Assembly: GCA_965644315.1 (NCBI GenBank)
Contig: CBFFRQ010000030.1
Span: forward strand, 124,001 to 188,000
Source: Caecitellus pseudoparvulus
Lineage: Eukaryota > Protista > Bigyra: Bicosoecida
DNA length: 64,000 nucleotides
Direction: 5' to 3'
The number at the start of each line of letters is the position of its first letter. Position 1 is the stretch's first letter. Position numbers and translations under genes: made by a program. The notes beneath the pieces are model-generated. The model saw nothing but the letters and a program-made list of their open reading frames with translations, was not told the origin of the DNA and did no database searches. Positions 1 to 15,974 of the stretch are shown here, one piece after another.

Positions 1-1937
1 GTGGCTGGACAGTGCGTACCCGCCCGTGGTTGTGCTGCGCAGCACTTGCACATGGAGCAAGTGCTCCAGCACAGACTTTGCAGCCGTCCACATGCCCTCA
101 TGGGCCCACCAGTGGGCAGTGACTCGAGCCTCCGCAGGCACCCCCACGCCACGAGGGGACGCTCCGCCCTCAGCCTCTGGCACGTGCTCTTGCAGCCATG
201 CAGCATACCTCTCTGCTGCAACCTCGCGTTCCAGGCACTTCGGCACGGCAGCTGCGTCTGTGATGCAGTCCTCTACGCTGAGTGTGCCGCGCACAGAGAT
301 GACCAGCGCATTCGTGGTGGCGTCGTACACACACACGAAGGCGGGGTGCAGCCACTGCAGCGACCAGCTGGCATGCACCAACTTCCACGGCTGGGAGGAC
401 GAGCTGGGCTGGTTAGACACCAGGCCCAGCAGCTCGCTCTTCACAGCCCGGTGGAACGCGCCTGGGCGGTGGAGGGGGGAGGCCCCCAGCTCCCCCATGC
501 GCAGGCGCAGAGCAGCCCGGTGCAAACCCGTGCTATCCCCCTGCACTCTGTGCGACGGCAGGCAGCCACAGGCCTCGCAGGCACCGCAGGCGCAGCAGCT
601 GCACAGGGGCGCAGGAGGCACACCGCCTGGCGCCGCCCCCCCAGCACAGTGAGCCGACAGCTCACTGCCTTGCAGTGCACAGCACCCCCCGGCGATGTGC
701 TCGAACGTGTACAGGTGCCAGCCGTACGCCGCCAGCATGTGCGCCGCGAAGTGCCGCGCCAGGGCCAGCACCTGCAGGTCGCTCCACGGCGTCCCCTGCC
801 ACCCAGGCCTGTCCAGTACCGCAACTGCCCGTGCCCCTTGCGGCTCTCGGACGTACTGCAGCGAAACAGACCGTGGGAGCACGACGTCTGACCACCACAG
901 CTGGGCGTGCACGGAGGCGTCATCTGCGACATCAGAGCCGTGCCTGGGCCCAGACAGCTCCTCGCTGGCCACGGAGCCACTGGCACCTTCACCGCCCTCC
1001 CTGCCCAGCCCTAGCTCGCGGGGCAGCAGACCCTGCAGGGCGCCTGACTGCTCCAGACTGCGCTGCACGGATCGCAGCAGGAGCATGCCGGCGATGACGT
1101 CAGACAGCGTCAGCCGAGCAGCCTCCACATCCGCGAGGGTGCTGGCCATGACCCGGCTGACGATGCTGAGCGTGTCCACAGTGCTCAGCACGCCCCCGCC
1201 GCCTTGCTGCTGGCCGTTGCCGTACGCTGTCGCCCGCCGCGTCAGGCAGCGTGTGCACACGTCACAGCGTCGGGTCCACTTCTCAGCGTTGTAGGTCAGC
1301 CCCTGCACTCCCGACTGTGCTGAGCGGCCGGAGCCGGCCAGGCACAGGATGGGCAGCAGCACCAGCCACTCGCCCAGCACGTGCAGGGCAGTGATCCAGC
1401 AAAACACCTGCAGCAGCACCCACTGAGGATTCCCACGTCCCAACACGGCAGCACAAGCGCCGGTCGGGGCTGTGAACAGCTGTGGAGCGGGGGGGAGGAG
1501 GCATGTGCAGCAGCCGAGAGAAGCAGTGCAGTAAGGGGCCAATGCAAGAGGGGGTAAAGGGGGGCACTCACGGCGACAGCGCCGCCGATGGCGAGGCAGG
1601 TGAGCAGGCCAGCTGAAACGAGGTGCGTCACAAACAGTCCTGGCACCAGGCGTCGAGGGGCTGGGTTCCCCAACGTGCCCCGTGCTGAGTTGCAGGAGAG
1701 TGCTGTGTCCACAAAGACGCCTAGCAGCATGACTGCCAGCGCGGTGTAGAGCACGGCCGACACTGTGGCAGTGCAGTGCGCCGTGCCAGAGTGCGACTCG
1801 GACAGACCCTGCAACACCACGACCACCACCAGCGTCAACCCCGACAGCAGGCGCCACGCGGCATTGCAGGAGCCAGTGGTGACAAAATCGTCCGAGGCAA
1901 ACGCCGTGTAACGGCCGCAAAGCTGCATTTGCGGCAT
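1..1937 (-). CDS. sn1-specific diacylglycerol lipase (DAGL-like, Lipase_3 family), 3' end outside window
   Basis: N-terminus MPQMQLCGRYTAFASDDFV resembles the DAGL start MPGMVLFGRRWAIASDD, followed by hydrophobic TM segments. A phase-0 intron at 1480-1571 (GTGAG...CAG) joins to a frame containing ALVISVRGTLSVEDCITD and AHEGMWTAAKSV (Lipase_3 motifs). The frame is open to base 1, so it is absent from the ORF track. Confidence 0.88.
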
Positions 1938-2173
1938 GGCGCTTCGTAGCAAGTCCTTGCGGCAAGGCAGCCAAGCCCTGGCACGCCGCTGAGGGACGCA
2001 CCGCCAGGGCACAATCTGTCCCCCAACAAACGCCAGAATAGCCTTCTTGGCAAGAATCTTGTGTGGGTATCGTGTGGCAAGCCAGGTTGGCCTGGATTTT
2101 GTCCACGCCTTCCTCATTGACAGGCTGTGGTGCGGCGGTGGACGTGGCAGAGCAATTTCCGCGATTCCACGCC

Positions 2174-3562
2174 ATGGGCCTGCTCAATGTGGCCAGCACC
2201 CTGGCCTACATGCAGGAAGCGGGCACCATTTGGGCCTTTATTCTGCCTCTCCTTGCCGCAAAGGCCGCTTATGGCTCGGTGAGGTCTGTGTCTGCCCCAG
2301 CAGCCTGGTGCTTCGCCACGGCAGCGCTGCTGCGGGTGGGTGCCTGGTTCCTGCACCCGACCTTCCTAGACGCCCTGCTGTCGGACGTGGGCGAGCTGGG
2401 CGACTCCTTGGCCCGTCTTGGCCCACAGCAGGGGCTCATGGACAGCGCTCAGGCGGCCATGACTGCCTTTTACACCAAGGGGGCTCTGCACTACGCAGCA
2501 TTGGATGCAGCGTTGCTGGCCGTGGCGCTGGCCACTCTGAGCGCCACCCTGGCCGCCGCCACGGCCAAGACTGACGTGGATCCCGAGGCGCCTGTACCTG
2601 CCAGTGTTCCGAGCGACTCTTCCGCCGCCCCCACCTCTACGCGCCGACGCAGCACCAAGACCCCTACAGCCGGGACCGCAGCGGACCAGCCTGCGGCACC
2701 CTCCCAAGCCCCCCTCGCCACCACGACCTGGCTGACAGATGAAGCGTCCCTGGGCATGCTGTTGACAGCAGGCGTGTTGCTGGGCGTGGTGGTGGCCATC
2801 TCAGTGCACTTCGCCCGGGCCCATGCCGGGCATGTGCCTGCCCTGTCCCCCACAGCCCCAGACCTGCTGCACGCCTCAGCCGTCGCAGCAGCTGGCATTC
2901 TCACGGCGTGTGGCGTGCTGGCGCAGGCGCAAGCTGCCACCTTCACCTTGCAGCACGCGGCAGGCATGCCGGCTGTGCAGGCACTGCAGGCAGCCCACGG
3001 CACCTCCAAGCCTCAGGCATGGCCCGTACCACTGACCGCCTCGCTCCTCCTGCATGCTCTCGCGGCAGCTGCCACTGTGGCCTGCGCCGTGCACGGCTGG
3101 GCTCACCCACTGGCCACGCCGCGCTTCGCGATGGAGGCGCCTCGCCAGCCCCTGGACTGGGCCCACCGTGCGGAGCTTCTGGGCCCAGGCGCCGCGCTGA
3201 CTCTCCTGGTCCTCGCCGGCTTCGCTGGCAGGGTGCCCTTGACCAGCGGTACCGCCCGGTCAGTTCTGACTGTCGCAGCTTTCGCGACAGCCTTGGCGGG
3301 GTCCGCCCTGCCACCGGCGATGGCGCTGCTGCCCCCCCTGCGCAAACTCCTGGGGCGAGTCACCCTCACGGCGCTGGGGCGACCCTTCATGGTCGGAACA
3401 GTGTCGGGGATTCTGACTGGCCCACTCGTCGGCGGCGCCAGCAGTCTCCTGACCATCGCCACCCTCATGGTGCTGGTGCAGGGTGTCAGCCAAGCCCGCG
3501 CCCTCGGCGGCCTTCGCCCCTTCCTCGCCCACACTGCACGCAAGTTAGGCCTGGCAGCGTGA
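2174..3562 (+). CDS. Hypothetical multi-pass membrane protein (~460 aa)
   Basis: Long single-exon ORF with many Ala/Leu-rich hydrophobic stretches. ATG at 2174 lies 11 nt after a CAATTTCCGC motif. No family recognised. Confidence 0.6.
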   Translation: MGLLNVASTLAYMQEAGTIWAFILPLLAAKAAYGSVRSVSAPAAWCFATAALLRVGAWFLHPTFLDALLSDVGELGDSLARLGPQQGLMDSAQAAMTAFYTKGALHYAALDAALLAVALATLSATLAAATAKTDVDPEAPVPASVPSDSSAAPTSTRRRSTKTPTAGTAADQPAAPSQAPLATTTWLTDEASLGMLLTAGVLLGVVVAISVHFARAHAGHVPALSPTAPDLLHASAVAAAGILTACGVLAQAQAATFTLQHAAGMPAVQALQAAHGTSKPQAWPVPLTASLLLHALAAAATVACAVHGWAHPLATPRFAMEAPRQPLDWAHRAELLGPGAALTLLVLAGFAGRVPLTSGTARSVLTVAAFATALAGSALPPAMALLPPLRKLLGRVTLTALGRPFMVGTVSGILTGPLVGGASSLLTIATLMVLVQGVSQARALGGLRPFLAHTARKLGLAA

Positions 3563-3635
3563 TGGTGCAGCTGCTGCTGCGCCTGCGCTGTGCAATGCAT
3601 TCTCCTCCCCACACCTGCGTGATCGGCGCCCCGCC

Positions 3636-6615
<2,980 letters not shown>

Positions 6616-6858
6616 GTCGCCGCCCCTTGTCTCTCACAGGCCTAGGTGGCAGCCCACTGAATGGCTGTAGCCGAGCAGGCCTGGCTTCGCAAGGCAAGCC
6701 TACAGCCCCTGGCGCGTACCGAGCAGCAGACCACCAACACACGACAAATTCCTCATCACCCTCGCGTGCCTCTTGCAGTGCGCCTGAATTTCTGCGGCGC
6801 TGCAGTTTTTGCACGCCGACGGACCTGCTCAAAGCGCTGCGCTGGCCTGGGCAGCAGC

Positions 6859-8225
6859 ATGTACCTCTCACGCGTTGTGCGACAAGCCCCGCTGGGGGCA
6901 GGTCTGAGGCGGGCATACAGCGTTCTTTTCATGGGCACAGATGATGTGGCTGTTCCGTCGCTGCAAGCACTTGTGGCACAATCGTGTGTGCTGCTGGGCG
7001 CCGACATACGCATTTGGTTGTGCTGGCATGAAACGCGGATGAAACGTGCTACGCCGCAGGTTGACCGGGGGCCCCCCTCAGAGCACACCGCACACGGTGA
7101 CTGTCGCAACACCATCCCCACGTCGGTTACAAAGCAAGGGGATTCGAATGGTGGAGACTCCGGTGCATGAGGCTGCGCAGGCAGCGGGCTTGGAGGTGGT
7201 GCATCCGCCAGAAGTGCGGCAAGGCACTCGTCGCACGGCGCTGACAGACTGGCCGTGGCTGGAGGAACGCGTGCAAGCGAAGGGGTTGTTTGACGTCATG
7301 GTGGTCGTTTCATTCGGCTACTTCATTGTGCGTAGGCGCGGCGGCCTTGCACAACCATGCCTTGCAAGCGTGACTCACACCCCCTGCGCAGACGCCCAAC
7401 GTCCTGGCAGCCGCGCGGCACGGAGCGGTGAATATGCACCCCTCCCTGCTCCCTGAGTTCCGCGGTCCAGCCCCGCTGCCAGCCGCCCTGCTGTCGGGGC
7501 AGGCATGGACGGGCGTGAGTGTCATCGCACTGCACCCCACACAGTGGGACGCCGGCAACATCCTGTGGCAGGAAGGCCTGCCTATCGGCACAGAGGAAGA
7601 CCAAGCCAGCCTCCGCGCCCGTGCAGCACACGTGGGGGCACATGGCCTCGTGCAGGTGCTGTCCAGGGACCTGCGGGGGCTGGGCGGGGGGCTTCGCCAA
7701 GCCGACGTGCCCCACAGCCTGCCCCCCTCCACAGCACCCAAAGTGCCCCAGACTCTCGGCGCGTGGAACCCAGCCTGTGGCGCAGACACCCTGCATGGCA
7801 TAGCTCGCGCCATCGGCCGCTCGACTGGCATCCGTGGCGCTGTGCGCGGCACGAAGCACACCCTCATCCTCAGAGCGCTGCAGCGGCACGCTGGCGTCCC
7901 ACGTCGGTGCGATCCCTGCCCCTCCCCCGTCCAGCCAGCGTCGGTGCAGCCCTGGAGTGAAGCCCCGGTGGAGGAGCGGCATCCCCTCCCACAAGTGCTG
8001 CAGCAGGTGTCCCTCGACCCGCAGCATGGTACCCTTGCGTACCACAAGGGCTCCAAGTCGCTGTGGGTGTGGGCGGGGGACGATTGGCTGCGGGTGTCCG
8101 CTGCCCAAACCACCTCGCGAAGTGGACTCACCATGCCCCAGCTGGCGAACCTGCTGGGGCTGCGGGGTGGCCTCTCTCTGACTGCGGAGGGCGCTTTGCA
8201 GGGCGCAGTGGCAAGCCTCGGCTAG
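6859..8225 (+). CDS. MTFMT: Methionyl-tRNA formyltransferase, probably mitochondrial
   Basis: Arg-rich leader MYLSRVVRQAPLGAGLRRAYS, then VLFMGTDDVAVPSL, VVVSFGYFI, NMHPSLLPEFRGPAP, TGVSV and WDAG motifs. Introns 6984-7059 and 7328-7391. Confidence 0.9.
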
Positions 8226-10422
8226 CCCATGCGCTGCCCCACCTCGGCCAGCGCAGGCAGGGTGACCACAGCGCTCGCCAGCGGCGTGGATACCACCAGA
8301 GATGTGGGTTGGCTAGGCCTGCCAGCATCAGGGAGGGCGTCTCCGTGAACAAGGACCAGCCTGAGCTGCCTGTCGGCCGCTTCGTGCAGCGCATTCTCCA
8401 TGGCAAGCGCGTGCAGTGTCACCTCCACTGACGTGCCGCGGACGACCACTGGCAGGGCAAGCACGGCGGGAGAGCACTGCAGCGCCCCGGGCTGTGTGGG
8501 AGCCGCACAGATGTGGGCAGCTGCCAGGTCCCGCTTGCCAGCCACGTGCACCTGCACCCGCAGCACGAACCGTGGCCCCATGCCCTGCACTTGCACGGCG
8601 AGGCGCACGCGCTGTGCCCTGTGTCCGGCCCCAAGCACTGAAGTCGGTCCCTGCCCGAAGGAAGTCACCCTGACGAACGTCCTGGCTGACGCCAGGCGCA
8701 TACGCAGAAGTTCCCGCTGGAAGACGTTGTGCATGTCCACGCCCACCTCCCGTTCACGCTTGGCCATGTCCACGAAGAGGCGGGTCTTTCGGGGCACAGC
8801 CAAGCTTGCGTCTTGCTCGGGCACAGCCACACCACTAGGGCCTGCTTGCGACAGCTTGGCGGCGCGGCGCAGGACAAAGGCATGCAAGGCGCCGCTTTCG
8901 CAGGTGGCAACGACGGTGTTGGGCTCCCGCGCAAACTCACCACACGCAATGGTGGTCACTGCATCCCCTGGCACGGCCGTGACGGCATCACAGGCAAGGC
9001 AGCGACCCTCCACGACAGTCACCATGTGGCCTGACCGAGTGCCGACCAGAACGCCCACAGGCGGCGCGCCTGGCTTGTCCGACACAGTGCACATGCACGT
9101 CGCCTCTTCGCCCGGGATGCGCACACTCCACAGCCGCTTCAGCTGCGCAGAGAGGCACAGGACGCACCCTGATGCGTCCACCGCCACCAGGCGTGGTCCC
9201 CGCCCACCTGTCGCACCCTGTGCCAGCCACCCCACTCCCACAAGCGCGACCCCCGTCTTGACGCTGTGGGGGGCTAGGACGCCGTTCTTGGCGAGGTGCA
9301 CGGCCCCATCCCTAGTGGCTATGGCCACTCGCCAGTCAGTTTGCACGCAACCTGCCGCAGCCATGTGTGTCGGCACGCCAGGCACCTGCAAGGACTTCTC
9401 CACGCCGGCCATCGACGCAAGCAGCAGGTGCACCTGTCCCGCCTCGGTGCCCAGCAGCAGCTGCTGCTGCTCTCGTGGCCCTGACCGCTCTGATAATACA
9501 GTTGTCGTGCACGTCACGACTGACGTGCGGATTGGGCGCAGGTTAGCGCCTTCTTCCAAGACCTTGATCACCGCGCCATCGTCCACCCCCAGCGCTGCGA
9601 GCTTGCCCTGTGCTGTCAGCTGCACGCCCCGACTCCTGCGCCGCGCACGTCCCGCACACCTGCCGTGCACATGCCTGGCAGCACACCCACGCAAAGAGCG
9701 CTTGCACGCACAGGAGGTCCTTGAGCTTCCGCCCCAGGGAAAGCAGCGCGTCCACAGGAGCTCCATCGCTGATGAACGCTTTCGCTTCACTCCACACCGC
9801 ACTCTCGGCCACATCCACCGGCTGGGACGGCAAGGTGAACTTCATGTACGGCCTGAGGTTCCGATACACGAACACATACGCCCCCGTTGCAACTGCGATG
9901 CTTGCCGCACCTCGCTCTGCAGGGAAACGTGTAAGCCTCGGAGGTGCACGGTGCTGAGCCACCTTCACGGGCACTGCAGCCCGCACCTTGGACGACCGTT
10001 GACATGCTGCAGGGAATGTCCAGCAAAGGGATGCTCGCTTGCAAATCCATGCCTGCGTAGTGCGTGCAGGGGCGGTGTGGGACGGGAAGGCCAGGCAAGG
10101 CGAGGCTCGAGCCGCACCGTTAAAAACTCGCAGAAGCCGAGTGGGTGTGGCGAGAAGCAGCAAGGATTCGCCGTCAGCAGCAGCAGCCCCAAAGCCGGTG
10201 CACCTGGGAGCATGGAAAGGATCGGCAGTGACCGGCCGTTGGGCTGCGGAAATAGTGCAGAGTCACACACCCGGTAGTGCACGGCGCGCTGGCGAGGGGA
10301 TCCTTCCACACGGACAGCCACAGACCCTGCTCGCCGGTGGGGCACGCCGAGGCCTCGCCAGGCCTCTCCTCCTTACGCCCACCTTCCACACCATAGCCAG
10401 AGCCAGTCAAGGCCGCTGCCAT
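8222..10422 (-). CDS. BBS1: Bardet-Biedl syndrome 1 protein (BBSome subunit)
   Basis: SIAVATGAYVFVYRNLRPYMKFTLP, GEFAREPNTVV and LAVPRKTRLFVDMAKRERE..MHNVFQRELLRMRL match BBS1 hallmark segments. About 4 GT-AG introns in the 5' half. Confidence 0.9.
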
Positions 10423-10859
10423 GCTGGCGCTTGCGCAAGGCGTGGCACACTCAAACAGCACACGCAACGCAGCGCCCACCTGGCTGGGAGAGCATGAAAA
10501 GAGGCCCGCAAGCGTGCCAGAACGAAAGCTGGTCCTCGAAGAGTGCTCTCCGTAGGTCTTTGTTCTGGCCACAAGCCCGGGTACATGCACTCAGGAAGTT
10601 TCTCGCGTGGCAGCAGGGTGCGGGGGGAGAAGCCGTCGTAGCTCCCAACGCCAGGGCTGGCGAGAATGAGACGCCGGTGAAGCACCGTGCAGCACCCAGC
10701 AAATCATGTGATAAGCGTACTCCACCCTGCATAACACTAAGTTGCACCTCTTCCGCGCTGCTGCACCCCGCGGCACCGCTCAGGCAACTCTAGAAGCCCC
10801 CCATCGCTTCAAGGGAAGCTTGGGACCACCAATTTCCGCTGCGTCCATCCAAGGCAATC

Positions 10860-13494
10860 ATGGCCACCTCATACAGGTCGAGGGTGCACAGGCGCACACC
10901 GAGCCCCGCAGCCAGTCCGTCTGCGTGCACGCCGCCGCCGGCAGCCTTCGCGGCCTCACCGGTGCCGCTCGGGGCTGAGGAGTTTCCCTTGGCAGGCGCT
11001 GTGTGCATCGTGCCTCAGCGCCTCTACGTGCGCACACAGCCGACAGGCAGCAGCATGCCCAGCAGCACGGACGGCGTTGAATTCTTCAGCATTGACGACA
11101 AGCTGACGTACACGCCCTTCTTTGCTGACTTTGGGCCCCTGAACCTCGGTCAGGTCTGTCCTTGCGCCTCTTCGAGTTGAACCGGCACAGCCATGCACTC
11201 GACACCACGCTGGCCCCCCTTCGCAGGTTGTGCGCTTCTGCCAGGCAGTGGACGGCCACGAGGCGTCCATCAAGCAACGACTTGCGTCTGCAAAGGACTC
11301 GGGGGATGGGCCTGTTGGGCTCAGCGGCGCCCCTGCGCTGCAGCGCCTGCCCAACGGCCCTGGGCATGCCGTTGCAGGTGGCGAGACGCTGCAACGGGGC
11401 GTGTGCCTCGTGTGCAGCGACAACCCCCACAAGCGCGCCAACGCGGTCTTCCTCGCCTGCGCCTACGCTGTGCTGGTGGCGGGCATGCCTCCTCAAGCAG
11501 CTGTCGCCCACGTCATGTGCGAAGGTCTCCCCCTCATGCCCTTCCGGGACGCCTCCTTCGGCCTCTGCTCCTACACGCTCACGCTGCTGGATTGCCTGAA
11601 CGGCCTGGCGGCGGCCGTGTCCCGGGGCATCTTCCGCATGCAGGACTTCGACGTGGAGGCGTACGAGCGCGACGAAGCGCTGCATAACGGGGACATCAAT
11701 TGGATCGTGCCGGGGCTGTTTGCGGCGTTCAGTGGGCCGCTGGACCAGCCCAAGACCCTCGCGCCGGGGCGCACGACATGGACGCCCGCACAGTACGTGC
11801 AGTACTTCAAGGCCCCCCAGCACAACATCACCCTCATCATCCGCCTGAACAAGGCCTGCTATGACAAGCGCGCCTTCACGCGGGCGGGCGTGCGGCACGG
11901 AGACCTGTTCTACCCAGACGGGGGCCTGCCCCCGGCGCCCATCCTAGCCCGCTTCATCAGCCTGGCAGAGAAGAACGCAGGCGCCATCGGCGTGCACTGC
12001 AAAGCCGGCCTGGGCCGCACTGGCACCTGCATCGGCGCCTACATGATGAAGCACTACCGCATGACGGCACGGGAGGTTATTGCCTGGATGCGCATCTGCC
12101 GCCCAGGGTCGGTGCTGGGCCCGCAGCAGCAGTACCTCGAGAGCCTGCAGCCGGAGATGTGGTCAGCGGGCGAGGCAGAGGGCCTGCATGAGCGCTGGAT
12201 GCACCTGGCGCCCCCCGCCGTGGACCTGCTTGCCAGGCTAGGCGTGAACTTGCCAGCGGCCGCCGGGCAACTGGGCCTGCCGTGCCCGACCCTCCCGACG
12301 CCCGCCTTGCCTCGCCTGCCCCTGCGCCCACCCCCTGCTGCCTGGGCGTCCCACGCACCCTGGGTGACTCCAGCCTTGGACGTGTACGGCGCTGTGCCGC
12401 ACCCCCGCCACGCCACTTCAGGCGGCGAACCCGCCTCACCTACCCTGCCCTTCCGCCTGGCGTACGCCTGGGGCAACGCCACCGGCAGTGTTCCGCAGCT
12501 CAAGGCAGCCCCTTCCCCTGTGCGTGCCGGGACACGGGGTCTGCCCAGCCCCACGCCCATGACACCCCCCTCCAGAGTGCAGCCCGGCAGCACCCCTGGC
12601 AAGGGCGGTCAGACCCCCCAGTGCGCAGTGGCCTGGCTGCCCAAGGGCAAGGGGGGCACGTGGGTCATCACACCCTCCTTCCACCCCCTCGTCGTGCCTG
12701 GGCAGCCCACCCACGGTCGTCGCTCCCGCAGCATCTCCAGCTCTGGGGTGGCCGACGACGCTCGGCAGGGGTCCGCCAGCCCCGGCCGCCGCTCCCGCCT
12801 GCGCACCACCTCGTCCGTGCTGTCGGACGGCGACGCCAAGGACACCATCTCCTCTCCCGGCTCTGCTGGCAGCTCAGGCCGCGGCGGCTTCCGCGATTCG
12901 GGCAAGGCGGGTGGCGCAGGCGCCGGGTTGGCCCTCACGCCCCTCTCGCCGCGCGAGACCACGCCCTCCAGCCTGCCCTCCCCCGACGAGGATCTGCTGG
13001 AGGGCTCCCTGGACCAGGAGATCCGGGCCAGCCTGGCGGGCGGCGCTGCGGCGCGCATGGTCACCCCGGCAGCCAAGCCGCCACACCCGTCCACGTCCAG
13101 TGGCTACACACGCACCCCCAACCACGTGCACACGCCCCAGCCTCCCATGGACAGGGTGCCTGCGCTGCAGTCAGCCCTGGCCCACAAGCTATACGGCGCG
13201 AGCACACCCAGCGCAGACGTGGCGGAAGGCGTCACTGCACCTGGCGCTGCCCAGGCGGGCCCCGCCGCCGTGACGCCACCTCCCACCATGGCGGGCGCCA
13301 CACGCACGCCGCAAGGCGGGGGTGGGCCACCCCACCACCAAGGCACCCCCGGCAGTGGCACTCTGCCCTCCCCTGCCGCCTCACGGCGTCGGGTCCTGAG
13401 CTCCAGCGGGCAGAGCGTCATGGACACGGGCGCTGGGCGGGCGCCACGTCGCGCCTCTGGTCCGTCACCCCTCGGGGAGAGGCGGCGCCGGTGA
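10860..13494 (+). CDS. CDC14: CDC14 dual-specificity phosphatase with long Pro/Ser-rich C-terminal tail
   Basis: YTPFFADFGPLNLGQ, KRANA, PFRDAS, NGDINWIVPG, IIRLNKACYD, VHCKAGLGRTG and WMRICRPGSVLGPQQ. Intron 11154-11226. Confidence 0.95.
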
Positions 13495-13567
13495 CGGGGT
13501 GCTGGATCCCATGTTGCATTGCGCCAAGGTGGGTCCGTCAGGTAGTGTCAGGGCAGAGGGGGGGGCT

Positions 13568-15783
13568 TCACTGGATGCTGCAGCAGCCGGCGCCCTCGCC
13601 ACAGCAGCCGCCGGTGTCCTTGGGCGCCGACACACGAGCGTACTCGTCGTCCCCCGGCCACACCACCCGCAGAGAGCCGGACAGCGTGCCCTCTCGGCGG
13701 GAGTTGAAGGTGATGCCTTCCACAAACTGCAGGGTGTTGGAGTTGAGGAGGGGCGACAGGTCCACCACTGCAGTGCCGATGGGGTCGTGGGAGTCCAACG
13801 CGTCGTAATCCATGAGCACCAGCAGCAGGTGGCAGCGCGACAGCGCCAGCCGGTTCGTCACGTTCAGGCGCAAGTTGGGCACCTGGCGCTCCACGTTCCA
13901 CTTCGGGTTCAGCGTCTGCTTGACGAAGCCCGTGTGCGGCGCCAGGCCTGGCGCGTAGTCCACGAGGCCACGTAGGTTGCCCGAGCCGCTGGGCGCCTTG
14001 TGGGGGTGCAGGAGCCCAGGTGGGTACGAGAAGAACCGGACGTACGGGTCGCTCTTGCCGGACACGTCGGCTGCCATGACGTCGGAGGCGGAGATGTCGC
14101 CGAATTCGATGATGGGCGCGGATGTGGGCGGGCAAGGGGAGAGCAGTGGCGGTGCTCGCAGGGTCAGCTGGAACGACGCAGACACGGGCTTGTGGTCGGA
14201 GGTGGTGATGCTGGCGTGCCCCGCCACCTCCTCGCAGCGGACGTCCCGCTGTAGCTGGGGCAGGGACCGCCACAGCACTCGGTCGCAGTACGACTGCACC
14301 CGCTTGGGCTGGTACTGGAAGCCGGGTGCCCGCTCCACCTTGAACGTGGGGGGGAATGTGTACGCTCCCTCCTGGAAACCGACGAAGGCCAGTCCCTGCT
14401 GCTGGGACCACTTGAGCTGGTCCGCCGCCATGAGGTCCTGCCAGCACTCCTGGTCGATGAGGCCCTGTGTCATGAGGTGCATGGCGGAGCGCTTGTCCTT
14501 CTTCAGCTTCTTGCCGCCGTTGCCGCCCTTGGCGCCGTCGGGGCCCAGGAGGTCCTGGTCCAGGCGGTAGTTCAGGTCCCCCGCCCAGAAACAGTGGCCA
14601 GCCTGCACGTCCGCCGACATGTCGGGATTGCCCAGGTGCATGCCTGCCAGGATCTCTTCCACGTTCTGGTTGCGCGCGTCCAGGAAGTGCATGTGGGCTG
14701 CCAGGTGGCTGCCCACGAAGACCAGCGGCGTCCCGTACACTGTCGCGCCGATGCCCACCCCGCCCTTGTTAGCCACCACTCCCAGAATCCCCGTGGCTTC
14801 CGAGTCCTTGCAGACGGAGTTGATGTGCGGCACCAGACGCCGACGCACCAGCAGCATGAGCCCGATCTCCACGACGAATCCGGAGTTCGCGCCCAGCATC
14901 AGGCGCTCCGCAACCACCCACTTGTTGGCCAGGGCGTCCTCCTCGGCACCGGCGCCCTCGCCGCCCTGTGCCTCTGGGGTCAGGGACCGGCGGCCTGCGA
15001 GGCGCGGCCTCAGGGAGATGCTTCGGCGCTGGTTGTACGACCGCAGCATCGCCGCGCGTTTGTCTGCGACGTGCCGCGGCAGGCCAGCGGCAGTTTTCTC
15101 ACCCTCGGCGGCCTCCAGCGCAAAGTACTTGAAGGGCGTCCGCATCGTCGCAACGTCGCCGTCAGTGGGCAGCTCGGCGCCCAGGTACGCCACGATGGAG
15201 TCGAAGATGTCACAGGAGGAGGTGGCCACAGAGCGGGCAGCCTTGGTGGTGCTGCGCCCGCGCCCAGCTGCGTCGGGGGAAGCAGCGCCGCCCCCACTGC
15301 TGGCAGCTGCCTGGGTGGCAGCTGCGCCCCCCTGTGACGTGGCAGGGTCAGTCTTGGACTTGCGGTTCTTGGCCTGGCGTTTCTGCGCCTCAGCCAGCAC
15401 GTCCCCCGTGGGGGTGGGCGCGCCTGTCCCTGAGATGTCCTCGTCGTCTTCTTCGTCCACCTCGGGCTTCTGCTTGTACGAGCTCTCCTGCAGAGTCACA
15501 ACCAGCACGTCGTAGTCACCGCCAGCCTCAGGAATCCACGGCGCAAAGCTGCGGTGGCGGGGAAGATCGGGGGCGTGCACCAGTGAGTGGGGATAGAGCA
15601 GGGCTGAATCACTCACTTGGGGTTGGGCTTGGCGTTGCCGGCATTCCACGTGCACACGCGAATGCGGAGATCGGCAACTGCGTTGCTTGCCTGTGCGAGC
15701 GAGTGGTGCCTAACTGTGATGCGACCTGGCGTGCAGGCTCGCACCTCCAACAGGCACACGCGAGGAGATCCAGCCCTTGACAT
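13568..15783 (-). CDS. Inositol polyphosphate 5-phosphatase with C-terminal C2 domain and CaaX box
   Basis: RVCTWNAGN (upstream exon; intron 15549-15616), LQES, NKGGVG, GSHLAAH, FWAGDLNYR, PPTFK, SYCDRVLW, SDHKPV. C2 motifs AADVSGKSDPYV, TLNPKW, DYDALDSHDPIG. Ends GGCCGEGAGCCSIQ. Confidence 0.92.
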
Positions 15784-15974
15784 GTGAATGCAAAGCTTGT
15801 GCGGTCTCGGCCGGCGTGAGGTGCCGTCAGCGCCGAGTCAGGGACGAAACCCGCGGCGCGAAAAGCAGCGGAAATCGGCCCCGTCACCTCAACAGACCGG
15901 AGCACGACACACTGGGCGCAGGCCAAGCACAAGGCTGCACAGGGACCGTAACTTCACCCACTCAAGCCATCATG

